64,000 nt of DNA. Source: a virus (lineage: Duplodnaviria > Caudoviricetes). A program made the translations under genes and the position numbers. The DNA lies in IMG/VR virus record IMGVR_UViG_3300031673_000001; one strand, 5' to 3'. Below are positions 55,343 to 64,000 of this stretch, piece by piece; position 1 is the stretch's first letter, and every line of letters starts with the position of its first letter. The notes beneath the pieces are model-generated. The model had not been told where the DNA came from. It searched no databases and worked only from the letters and a program-made list of their open reading frames with translations.

Positions 55343-56455
55343 TTAATATAGTAACCTTAAATCTCCATCATGTGTTATTCTCTCTTCTCCACTATGTATA
55401 ATTCTCACCATCTCAAAAATTACAGAACTACTTGAACTTGAAATTGAACTGCTTGATCTACTGCTTGATGAAATAGATGATGAACTTGAACTCCAACTTG
55501 AGCTTGAACTAGATGAGACAGAACTTGAACTAGATTTTGAGCTTGAGCTAATAGATTGAGATGATGAAGAAATTGATATCGAACTGCTACTAGAACTACA
55601 AGAACAATATCCTGTTCTTTCTATTGATATTAACTGTTTAGAAGAATTATAATTAAATATACTTGTTAATAATGCTCCATCTGAAATTCTTGTTAAATCA
55701 GTCTGAATTAAATTCTTTTTTGAATCATATAAGAAATCTTTATGAAACAATCTTACATTCGCTGTAGAATCGCTCCATATATCTATATCAGTTAATTGTT
55801 TGCTAGAATCATATGTAAACGTTTTATAGTAGCATAGATATGAAGTTTTAAACTCCATCTCCATTTCAAGAATTAATTGATCACATCTAGTAAAAGTTCC
55901 ATCTCTTCCATCGGTACCATCTACACCTGGAGCACCATCTTCTCCGTCTATTCCATCTACACCTGGAGCACCTGGAATACCATCTGCACCATCAATACCA
56001 TCTTGACCACCCAACGACATTAGATTCCAAACAGTTATCCAAGATGTTCCATCGCCTGGTTCAGTATCTAATGACGGACTATGATCACTTATTGAAATAT
56101 AAGAACTTCTATTGTTATAGACTACATCATTGATAAGATAAGATGTGGTATCTATAGACCAAGAACCACGCCAGGTGAAACTCTCTCCGTCAATTCCATC
56201 AGCACCATCCACACCTGGTGCACCATCAGATCCATCTGCTCCACCTGAAGCAAATAAATCCCAATTTAATGTCCAATTAACACCAACACCCGGTTCATCA
56301 TTAATTGTCGAAGTGTGATTAATTGTTGATATATAAGAATTCCCATTATTCTCAACTAGATCATTTATAATATAAGCAGTACCATCAGACCAAGAACCTC
56401 TCCATTGGATATTACTACTTCCGCTAATACTCCTTATAATATTATCTCTTAGCAT
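55343..56455 (-). CDS. Collagen-like fibre protein with two CBM5/12-like modules and a poly-Ser tract
   Basis: Two WRGSWS...Y.IND.V..N..SYIS repeats; Gly-X-Y runs (GADGSDGAPGVDG; GIDGADGIPGAPGVDG); ~60-aa Ser tract near the C-terminus. Confidence 0.8.
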   Translation of the reverse strand: MLRDNIIRSISGSSNIQWRGSWSDGTAYIINDLVENNGNSYISTINHTSTINDEPGVGVNWTLNWDLFASGGADGSDGAPGVDGADGIDGESFTWRGSWSIDTTSYLINDVVYNNRSSYISISDHSPSLDTEPGDGTSWITVWNLMSLGGQDGIDGADGIPGAPGVDGIDGEDGAPGVDGTDGRDGTFTRCDQLILEMEMEFKTSYLCYYKTFTYDSSKQLTDIDIWSDSTANVRLFHKDFLYDSKKNLIQTDLTRISDGALLTSIFNYNSSKQLISIERTGYCSCSSSSSSISISSSSQSISSSSKSSSSSVSSSSSSSWSSSSSSISSSSRSSSSISSSSSSVIFEMVRIIHSGEERITHDGDLRLLY

Positions 56456-56491
56456 ATAATAGGAACCCCTCTAGTCGTTATATTGGTATTT

Positions 56492-56506
56492 TATATTTTG
56501 TTCTTA
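56492..56506 (-). promoter_or_regulatory. Putative late promoter motif TAAGAACAAAATATA
   Basis: Directly after the upstream stop, before the collagen fibre gene. Confidence 0.55.
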
Positions 56507-56507
56507 T

Positions 56508-57377
56508 TTATTTCTTTCTATTTAAATATTTTTCATCAATATAATCCCAAGGGATTTCTTCTTTTTTTCCATATCTCATTTGATAGTTATACTCACCATG
56601 AATATGTCTAAATCCTACAGTCTTATACCAAGTCCCGACTCCAGGTTTCCATACTTGTGTATTGAATGGATTTTCTTTGGGTTTAACACACTTCAAATCC
56701 AAATCTATTATAGCTCTAGCAAAACGTGCTTCTGTATTCCCCATCTGTTGAGCGTATTTTTCATAGTTGTCTAAAGGAATTAAATGATCTTGAAAGTGTT
56801 TCATCATAGCATTAATAGCAACAGTTTTAGCAATAAATCCAGTTGTATTAAATAGGGGTCTTTTATTATTCTCCTCCCAACCAACTCCAAATATATCAGC
56901 ATCACCCATCATATCCATTAGTTGGTTAAAGTTTTCAGGTTTCTCTAATATGCAATCCCCATTTGCACAATAAACATATTCAAAACTACCCATGGTTTGA
57001 AGACCAAATTTTAAACACCAAAAATAAGGGTATAGAACTCCACCCCAGGTTTGATATCTTGAAATTATAAATGTATCAATTTCATCAAACACTTCTCTCT
57101 TTGGCATTAGACCATCAAATGAGGCACCCTTATGAATGGGATTCCAATAGTTATCATAAACAACTGCTAACCAGTAACCAAGCTTCTTATGAGATTTAAC
57201 TGATGCTGTTAGAAATGGTCTATTTCCAGGATGCGAGGTTAATAGTATTCCCAAAGGTTTCAATGCCTTAATAGCAAATTTGTCACATTCTTCATAACCC
57301 TTCAAAATATCTTTATAATATGCACGATCTTTAGCAGATATTTTTTCATCCTTCAATAAAGCTCTAGTTATTGTCAT
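56508..57377 (-). CDS. Putative GT-A-fold glycosyltransferase-like protein
   Basis: ILLTSH..N, VVYDN, VYCANGDCI (DxD-like), LFNTTGF.AK; paralog of the next ORF. Confidence 0.55.
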   Translation of the reverse strand: MTITRALLKDEKISAKDRAYYKDILKGYEECDKFAIKALKPLGILLTSHPGNRPFLTASVKSHKKLGYWLAVVYDNYWNPIHKGASFDGLMPKREVFDEIDTFIISRYQTWGGVLYPYFWCLKFGLQTMGSFEYVYCANGDCILEKPENFNQLMDMMGDADIFGVGWEENNKRPLFNTTGFIAKTVAINAMMKHFQDHLIPLDNYEKYAQQMGNTEARFARAIIDLDLKCVKPKENPFNTQVWKPGVGTWYKTVGFRHIHGEYNYQMRYGKKEEIPWDYIDEKYLNRKK

Positions 57378-58423
57378 TAATTACTCCCTTCTATTACATC
57401 TTTCCATTTCTCATAATATTCTTCATCCTTTAAAACAAATGATTGAAACTCTTGTCTAATGAAATGGTTTAATCTTTCAGATGGAGGTCCAAGCTCATTC
57501 CTTTTTGAATCATCATGTAGTGGTTCCTTTCCATAATATTCTATTGGATAATATCTTCTATTCCAATATGAATCCTCTCCTTCTGCCCAATATTTATATA
57601 ACCATCTTCTATCATTTGTTTCATAATATTTATGTAACACCATTTCATGCTTTGTAAAATAGTCGTGTTTGAAATCAATATATTTTTTTGGAATAGGTTC
57701 TAAATGTTCTACAGGTGATTGTTTATGTTCAGCTCCAAGATTTCTAAATCCCAAAATTCTTTTCCATGTGCTATCTTCTTCATATGCATTATAATGATCC
57801 ACTCCTTTATATCTATGATTAGGAGGATAGATTGGTTGTATTGGAGCAATCCCATTTTTGATATTATTATGATTTATAAAATCTCTTAAGATAACTTCTG
57901 GACTATATGATTTTGGTATATTATGTTTTAGAGTGTCTGTAATAAAATCCGCAAGTCTTTGATATATATACGCTTTAAACATAACACTACAAGTATGAGT
58001 TAGATTTGGTTCAGTAGAGGATGCCATCATATCACAATCATTACCCAGTAATTTAACAATATCATTTATTCCTTTTGGATTCTCCCATATACAATCTCCG
58101 TTTGCTGTAAATACAACTCTCACTTCATTCATTCTTAATAACACACCAGCAGCATAGACTGTATCCCATAACCAACCAATTCTTTTATCTGCTCCATAAG
58201 TTCTATGTTTAAATACCCAAGAGTGTGGAATTTTCATAATATCAGAACTTGGAAACTCTCCCTTACAATCATAACTACATATTACATAAGCTCCAGTTTC
58301 CATATATTTTTCTAGTGTCTTTTTAAGAAATAATCTATGACCATCCCAAGATGTTACAACTATTGCTTTATCAGCTCTCAAAGGAAAATCATTTAGATGA
58401 AATTTATTACTTTCTACAACCAT
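57377..58423 (-). CDS. Putative GT-A-fold glycosyltransferase-like protein
   Basis: IVVTSW, ICSYD, VFTANGDCI; paralog of 56508-57377. Confidence 0.55.
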   Translation of the reverse strand: MVVESNKFHLNDFPLRADKAIVVTSWDGHRLFLKKTLEKYMETGAYVICSYDCKGEFPSSDIMKIPHSWVFKHRTYGADKRIGWLWDTVYAAGVLLRMNEVRVVFTANGDCIWENPKGINDIVKLLGNDCDMMASSTEPNLTHTCSVMFKAYIYQRLADFITDTLKHNIPKSYSPEVILRDFINHNNIKNGIAPIQPIYPPNHRYKGVDHYNAYEEDSTWKRILGFRNLGAEHKQSPVEHLEPIPKKYIDFKHDYFTKHEMVLHKYYETNDRRWLYKYWAEGEDSYWNRRYYPIEYYGKEPLHDDSKRNELGPPSERLNHFIRQEFQSFVLKDEEYYEKWKDVIEGSN

Positions 58424-58432
58424 TTTATTCTC

Positions 58433-59068
58433 CTATCTCTCTTTTGCACTAGTTCTCTTCACCACTGCTTTCGGTCTTGTTATATACTTCTTATGTATCA
58501 TCCGGTCAATAGAATTAAATCCATGATCTAACAATAACTGGTGTCTTCCAATATCAGAATCTTTTATAATACTATTGTAAGGAACATCTTTTGGCCATTT
58601 CAGTCCTGTAAATATTTCCAGACCTTTTATACAAGGTTCAGGATCCTTCATTAATGCAGATGTATTTAAAATATAAAATGGTTTAAGCAAATGTAAGAAT
58701 TTTGCAATATGTATTTCTGCTGAAACTAATGTATTCCAAGCTTCTCCAACATCTGAAGCTCTATGATAATAATTAGATAACATAGTTGCCATCCACTCTC
58801 TTTGTAAAACAATAGTGTACATTTTATATCCGCATCTTTCAAATTCTAAAGAAGCAGTCGTTGGATCAAACCATTCTCTTCCATAAGGAACACTTCGTCT
58901 TAACACTAAATTTGGATTATCAGTAATTCCAGCTAAACTCATTTCTCCAACAATAAATTTGTCCAACAGTTGAGGTTCTTCCCAATAGCAGGACATCGTC
59001 TTTAATATTAATGATGTTAAATTATTTCCTGAACTCTCTGGTCCAAAAACTAAAAATACTTTAGACAT
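58433..59068 (-). CDS. Sulfotransferase-like P-loop protein
   Basis: FLVFGPESSGNNL resembles the 5'-PSB loop; IVLQRE resembles the 3'-PB motif. Confidence 0.55.
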   Translation of the reverse strand: MSKVFLVFGPESSGNNLTSLILKTMSCYWEEPQLLDKFIVGEMSLAGITDNPNLVLRRSVPYGREWFDPTTASLEFERCGYKMYTIVLQREWMATMLSNYYHRASDVGEAWNTLVSAEIHIAKFLHLLKPFYILNTSALMKDPEPCIKGLEIFTGLKWPKDVPYNSIIKDSDIGRHQLLLDHGFNSIDRMIHKKYITRPKAVVKRTSAKER

Positions 59069-59777
59069 CTAAATACCTCCTCACCAATTCACTTTCTAAT
59101 TTCCAATGACCTGTCTTTCCTTTGGGATATTGTTTGGATCTTCCTAAATATAAATCTGCAAATCGTGGAACTTTTAATCCTTCAGCTATAGCAAGTCCTG
59201 TTGACTGATTACCCAAATAAAACTTTGATCCTTTAATAATTTCAGCAAACTCCATAGCATCTTTTATCTCATATCTCTTAATATTATATTTTCTATTTTC
59301 ACAGAAGTTTTTATACTCATGATCAAGACCAACAAATACTGCTCTATCTTCAAATCCTCGAAGTTCTTCCCAATCAATTGTAATACCTTCCCACCTCAAT
59401 TTGCCTGTATCATTGATAATAATATCAGCAACATATTTAGGTTGAATATTGAATAACCAGGGAGCATCTAAATTAAAATTTAATTTAAATGCCATCGCAT
59501 GACATTCTAATATTGTATAAGTGTTAAATGGTTGGTTTCTAAATTCATCTAAATTATAAACTACATCAAATGCTTTCCACTGGGGTGCAAGGAAGGAATG
59601 ATATATCAGACCCTTTACATAAGGTTGAGCTTCTAATAATGATCTATAAAATTTCTTATCTTGATCAATATTTAAATGAAGAGTTCCGCCACCAAGATTA
59701 TACATAGTAGCTAGACCATAAATCATGTCTCCACATCCGCCACCATGTTTAAATGTTACTTCCATTTTATTTACCAT
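59061..59777 (-). CDS. GT9-like (heptosyltransferase-type, GT-B) glycosyltransferase
   Basis: HGGGCGDMI, LLEAQPYV.G, FYLGNQSTGLAIAEGLKVP. Confidence 0.65.
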   Translation of the reverse strand: MVNKMEVTFKHGGGCGDMIYGLATMYNLGGGTLHLNIDQDKKFYRSLLEAQPYVKGLIYHSFLAPQWKAFDVVYNLDEFRNQPFNTYTILECHAMAFKLNFNLDAPWLFNIQPKYVADIIINDTGKLRWEGITIDWEELRGFEDRAVFVGLDHEYKNFCENRKYNIKRYEIKDAMEFAEIIKGSKFYLGNQSTGLAIAEGLKVPRFADLYLGRSKQYPKGKTGHWKLESELVRRYLDV

Positions 59778-60871
59778 CCTTCCGATATTCTCTGTGCAAT
59801 ATATTCTCTAGATTCTTCATCCACCCATGAACCAACTGGAATTGATATTAATTCTTTATTAATGGAATTTAGTACAGGTAAACTATCACACTCAAAATCT
59901 CTAACACAAGCATGTATATCATTTCGCTCGTGCACCTTGGAGACGTGAATACCACTATCAGTCATCATTTTTGAAAATCCATCTCTGTCTTTCGTCAGCA
60001 AACTATATAACCAATATGATGACTCTCTATCATCTTTAGTTTGAGTTAAATTGACTCCACTAATATTAGATAGCTCTTTATTATAGTAGATAGCGTTCTC
60101 TTGACACTTCTTAACATTCTCGTCAGCTAAACTCATATTATATAAACCAATGGTAGCACAAACATCACTCATATGATATTTATAACCATATTCTAAAATC
60201 TCTTCCTCACATCTCATATCCCGACGTAAACTTTCTCTATTAATACCATACCATCTTAGAAGCTTTCCTCTTTCATAATCAGAATAATTTCGACAAAATA
60301 AAACGCCACCATCAACTGTTGTAAGGTGTTTTATTGCTTGAAAACTCATCATTACAAAGTCGGAATATTTACAATCTCCTATAATGGTTTTACAATAAGT
60401 TGAACCATAAGTATGAGCAGCATCTTCAATTAATTTAATATCATGTTTCACTGCGATATCATGTAACTCCTTCATATCACAGGGATATCCTCCCCAATGC
60501 ACACAAATAATAGCTTTTGTTTTTTCGGTTATTTTTCTTTCAACATCAAGAGGATCAATGTTAAAATCCTCTTTAACATCTGCCCATACAATATCAGCAC
60601 CCTGCATAAGTATTGGAAAATTTGTTGCTGTACAGGTTAGAGGGGTTGTAATAACCTCATCGCCGGGTCCAACTCCAGATAAACGTAAAGCTAAATGTAA
60701 AGCATGTGTTCCTGCAGATGTTGTTAATCCATATGGATTATTAAATTTATTGGAAAGAGCAATTTCAAATTCAGTTACTTTTGGACCCTGTCCTATATAA
60801 CCAGAATACAAAGTTTCAATTAATGGCTCTCGTACCTTCTCACTCATCATTACCTTAAATAGGGGTATCAT
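59771..60871 (-). CDS. DegT/DnrJ/EryC1/StrS PLP-dependent sugar aminotransferase
   Basis: GPKV.EFE, SAGTHALHLAL, GPGDEVIT, VHWGG.P, IEDAAH, SFQAIKHLTT.DGG. Confidence 0.95.
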   Translation of the reverse strand: MIPLFKVMMSEKVREPLIETLYSGYIGQGPKVTEFEIALSNKFNNPYGLTTSAGTHALHLALRLSGVGPGDEVITTPLTCTATNFPILMQGADIVWADVKEDFNIDPLDVERKITEKTKAIICVHWGGYPCDMKELHDIAVKHDIKLIEDAAHTYGSTYCKTIIGDCKYSDFVMMSFQAIKHLTTVDGGVLFCRNYSDYERGKLLRWYGINRESLRRDMRCEEEILEYGYKYHMSDVCATIGLYNMSLADENVKKCQENAIYYNKELSNISGVNLTQTKDDRESSYWLYSLLTKDRDGFSKMMTDSGIHVSKVHERNDIHACVRDFECDSLPVLNSINKELISIPVGSWVDEESREYIAQRISEGW

Positions 60872-60892
60872 TTCAATCTCCTTACATTTCCT

Positions 60893-61051
60893 TTATTTTA
60901 GATTTTTACTGTTTTTACTGTCATCTTTATATCCCTTATAAACTCGAAAAACCTGACCGCAGCAATAACATTTTAACCAACCTGAATCCATTGTGGATGT
61001 CGTGGTCCCTAATACGTAAATTTCCGTTGATTTGCACGTAGGACAACTCAT
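60893..61051 (-). CDS. 52-aa zinc-ribbon protein not in the ORF track
   Basis: MSCPTCKSTEI...KCYCCGQVF...*; ATGA overlap with the upstream stop. Confidence 0.7.
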   Translation of the reverse strand: MSCPTCKSTEIYVLGTTTSTMDSGWLKCYCCGQVFRVYKGYKDDSKNSKNLK

Positions 61052-61683
61052 TTTATTTTCCTTAAATATCCATTGGGATTAAATGTCATGAGAAATTTCT
61101 CACATTCTTTATCTATCTCAAAATCATCATTTGTTTTTAAAAATTTCTTCACTGCCTCAAAAGGACCTTTCCCATATTCCCATTTCACTGGATGACCACT
61201 TACATGTGAGTCCTCTACTATCATATAAGAACCAACTGCAACAAATTGTGAATACAATTCCATCTCTTTTAAAACATGATCATAACTGTGCCATGAATCT
61301 AAAATAACCATACATCGTTTATTGGTAGCATATCTACTAACCACTTTAACTATATCAGGATCAATACTATTTCTAGTAACGCAATTTATTCTCGATAGAA
61401 CACCAGAATTATAACACATAGAAAGTTGTAGTTTTGTATGATCAGTGTCTATTGTTATAACCTGACCATGATACATCAACTCCAGAATTGAAGCATAAAA
61501 AATTGATGAACCGCCAAATCCGGTTCCTGTCTCAATAATATAATCAGGTTTAACCTTATATATTAATTCTTGGATAACAAATGCATCAAATGGCAATTTC
61601 CAAATTGGAATACCCAACCATTTTGTATTTTCCCACATTCTATTTTTTTCATAATACTTATGAAAATCATCTATAGATTTCAT
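61048..61683 (-). CDS. CmcI-family (cephalosporin hydroxylase / rhamnosyl O-methyltransferase-like) methyltransferase
   Basis: WLGIPIWK.PFD....QELI..VKPD.IIETGT..GGS, ILDS.H..DHV.KE, IVED. Confidence 0.9.
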   Translation of the reverse strand: MKSIDDFHKYYEKNRMWENTKWLGIPIWKLPFDAFVIQELIYKVKPDYIIETGTGFGGSSIFYASILELMYHGQVITIDTDHTKLQLSMCYNSGVLSRINCVTRNSIDPDIVKVVSRYATNKRCMVILDSWHSYDHVLKEMELYSQFVAVGSYMIVEDSHVSGHPVKWEYGKGPFEAVKKFLKTNDDFEIDKECEKFLMTFNPNGYLRKIK

Positions 61684-62272
61684 TTAAACATCCTTTCTTT
61701 TGAAATATTGTCATTGAAGGAAAAGCAGACATTATATAATATCCAAAGTCTTCTTTTATTATTTTATTATTTTTTAATTCTTCTCTTATCTTAGGTTTAT
61801 GATATTTAACCATCCATTCAATATTATCCCTTTCTTCGCTTCCCCCTTCAAATGCAATTATCCCACATTCTCTCAATCTATGACTCCAAAAATTCATAAC
61901 TTTCTTTAATATATTTCCATTGTTGCTTATATCAACATGAAGAAAATCAACTGTACGAGATGCAATTATATGTGAAACATCAAATGCATCACCTGAACTT
62001 AAATTAACAAAATCTGTAAGTCCTTCATCATCAATTAATTTTTGAACCTCATCCTCATTTCCATGCTTATATTCATATTCATCCCATAAATCCCAGGACC
62101 ATAATTTTCCCTCAACTCCAGATACTTCTTTATTAAATTTTAGACCCCGAGCAATATGCAAAGTGCTATAACCATCTAAAACTCCAACCTCCACACACAT
62201 CTCTGGTTTCTTCCCAATTATAAGAGACAATAAAACATCACCATAATTATTCTCTTTATATGAACTTCTCAT
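61667..62272 (-). CDS. Class I SAM methyltransferase (Methyltransf_24-like)
   Basis: KPE.CVEVGVLDGYST, WSWD.W, VDFLHVDI. Confidence 0.82.
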   Translation of the reverse strand: MRSSYKENNYGDVLLSLIIGKKPEMCVEVGVLDGYSTLHIARGLKFNKEVSGVEGKLWSWDLWDEYEYKHGNEDEVQKLIDDEGLTDFVNLSSGDAFDVSHIIASRTVDFLHVDISNNGNILKKVMNFWSHRLRECGIIAFEGGSEERDNIEWMVKYHKPKIREELKNNKIIKEDFGYYIMSAFPSMTIFQKKGCLNEIYR

Positions 62273-63999
62273 TTCAATATCTCCTCAATCCATCGTTCAG
62301 GTAAAAATTCTTTTTTAGCTTTTATTCTAGCTTCACGTCCCTTGATTTTTAACAGAAGGGGATTGTCTAAAACCTCTTGAATAACTCTTTTGTAGTCTTC
62401 CCACGTATCACATCTCCAACCTGTATTATCATCAACCCTATCTTTAGGACCAGAGTGGTTATCAACTATACAAGGAAGACCGCTCGCCATCGCCTCAAGG
62501 ATCACTTTTGGACCGCCCTCTGTGTACGAGTCAGGCAATTTGTACATGAACAGGTTCCCACGAGATAGAAAATCATGAACCTTCAATTCATTTACCTTAA
62601 ACTTAAAGATATTTGGATGCTCAAATGTTTCACTAAATGCCGGCATGTAATGAAATTGAATTGAGTTATCCATTCTTAAAACTTCTCTAATATGAGTATT
62701 TGTATTTGGATGATGTTTTGCATCGCGTTGTGAATTATGTCTAATAAGTCTAAGAGGAAACTCATAATTGGGTTGGATTTTAAAATACTCTGTAAGATCT
62801 GTTGGTGGAGGCATAACAACTGTTTTAACATCTGGAAGTCTTTGTAATAATTCACCTTCGTGTTCTGAGCTAAGAAACATATACTTATCCCATCCTTTTG
62901 TCCATTCAACATTTCCTGCTCCACCAATTTTAAAGTTTAATACCATAACCTTTCTTTTAGTATTTAATGTTGGCATAACATCAGTCCACGGTGGTTTGTG
63001 ATATCCCCAGATCGTATCACTGCAATAAAGTATAGTTACATCAGCAGGTTCTTGTATTGTTGACCAATCTGTTTTTCGTACTCCTTCTGGTATATCATTT
63101 AAATAAGGAGTACAGATGTTACCTGTTGATATAAGATCAACTCTATAACCTTTTTCTCTTAACATTTTCATAATATAGAGAGTTGATCTTTCACTTCCCC
63201 CATATCCACGACATGTGGAAATAACTCTTGCTAATGGTTTCTGTGTATCTACATCAATTTTAGCTATCTCTCGTTGCTCTAACTTTGGTATTTCTGGATT
63301 TGTACTTTCATTCTTGACCCAGAAATGGCATCGGTGCCCACCTTTAGATTTCATTGTATATTTACCTTCTAGGTGTTTTTTCTGCCATTCTCTTTCAGGA
63401 ACTCGACCAGCATCATGAACAACAACAAGGTCAGATAATTCTGACGCAGCTTTCGTTGACCATTCCCTATTTGGTCCTCCGGCGGGTCCATCAACAAATG
63501 CAAAATCAAATCTATTTGGTTCTCCTAGAGGAAGATTAAAATTCTTTCCATCCCAATGATAGATTTTAACATCTTTATCTTTAGGAATCATACTAGAAAT
63601 TTTCTTAATCCATCCAGGTTGCGTTTCAAATGATATTACTTTATCAACTAATGTACTATAAAGTAAGGTTGACAAACCACAACCAAATTCAATAACAGTT
63701 TTTACATTATACTTTTTAAAGATATCTCTAATAAATAACCAATCTCTATCTGTTACACTACCACCACCCCATTTGAATCCATATTTATTTAATAGATCCT
63801 CATCAACAGCTTCAGGTTTTGGTGCAACAAAAACTCTCTTTTCCCCTGTAACATTTTTAAAGAAGATGTTTGGAATTTTCTTTCCATATTCTAATCTGCC
63901 CCCTGCATAGTAATTTCTAACTGCTGTAGCAATTTCTTCAGGTTCAATAATATCAACACATTTAGGAATTTTTCTATCTTCAAAACTTACAAGATTTTT
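62269..63999 (-). CDS. Multidomain glycosyltransferase/methyltransferase fusion (GT9-like end + MTase + GT4), 5'-truncated by window edge
   Basis: Frame is open to 63999: PKCVDIIEPEEIATAV (GT9-type C-terminus), VIEFGCGLST/FAFVDGP (MTase), GGSERS and EGGPKVILEAMASGLPCI (GT4). Confidence 0.85.
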   Translation of the reverse strand, partial: KNLVSFEDRKIPKCVDIIEPEEIATAVRNYYAGGRLEYGKKIPNIFFKNVTGEKRVFVAPKPEAVDEDLLNKYGFKWGGGSVTDRDWLFIRDIFKKYNVKTVIEFGCGLSTLLYSTLVDKVISFETQPGWIKKISSMIPKDKDVKIYHWDGKNFNLPLGEPNRFDFAFVDGPAGGPNREWSTKAASELSDLVVVHDAGRVPEREWQKKHLEGKYTMKSKGGHRCHFWVKNESTNPEIPKLEQREIAKIDVDTQKPLARVISTCRGYGGSERSTLYIMKMLREKGYRVDLISTGNICTPYLNDIPEGVRKTDWSTIQEPADVTILYCSDTIWGYHKPPWTDVMPTLNTKRKVMVLNFKIGGAGNVEWTKGWDKYMFLSSEHEGELLQRLPDVKTVVMPPPTDLTEYFKIQPNYEFPLRLIRHNSQRDAKHHPNTNTHIREVLRMDNSIQFHYMPAFSETFEHPNIFKFKVNELKVHDFLSRGNLFMYKLPDSYTEGGPKVILEAMASGLPCIVDNHSGPKDRVDDNTGWRCDTWEDYKRVIQEVLDNPLLLKIKGREARIKAKKEFLPERWIEEILK

Positions 64000-64000
64000 A

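Noticed and set aside
55430-56240. CRISPR array or DNA tandem repeat in the periodic fibre-gene sequence
   Set aside because: The periodicity comes from Ser and Gly-X-Y codons with synonymous variation; there are no identical repeats with unique spacers.
3333-63539. Numerous 60-130 aa ORFs in the track nested antisense or out-of-frame within long genes (e.g. 3333-3608, 19618-19914, 25199-25540, 43380-43646, 53237-53629, 62676-62927)
   Set aside because: Fully overlapped by well-supported genes, without SD or motifs; treated as shadow ORFs.
1-64000. Stop-codon reassignment (alternative genetic code) as in some large phages
   Set aside because: Long conserved genes are intact in the standard code, and TAA, TAG and TGA all end genes at expected positions.

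Overview
A 64-kb AT-rich fragment of a large (jumbo-type) contractile-tailed phage genome in the standard genetic code. No rRNA, tRNA or CRISPR array was seen. (1) 1-22 kb, + strand: a Rad50/SbcC-type ATPase (partial) and a radical SAM enzyme, then a six-gene ubiquitin-like conjugation cluster (E2-family-D domain fused to tandem SH3/KOW-like repeats, JAB/JAMM protease, E1/ThiF, Rho-N-Ubl fusion, degenerate second E1, and an E2 with an HPN...C motif). This runs directly into unsplit beta' and beta RNA polymerase subunits, FolE2 and several replication or nucleotide-related genes. (2) 22-30 kb, + strand: terminase large subunit, zincin, tape-measure-like and baseplate genes. (3) 30-56 kb, mostly - strand: baseplate wedge, gp25-like, gp26-like chaperone with a probable frameshift extension, tail tube, tail sheath, lysis-like genes and fibres, interrupted by two short + strand units, one a probable structured ncRNA. 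(4) 56-64 kb, - strand: a glycan synthesis/modification cluster upstream of a Ser-rich collagen fibre. Two putative phage promoter motifs (WAGAACAAAATA and CTATATATATWAATAATTGA) and several large-loop terminators are visible. All family assignments come from motifs read by eye; no database searches were run.
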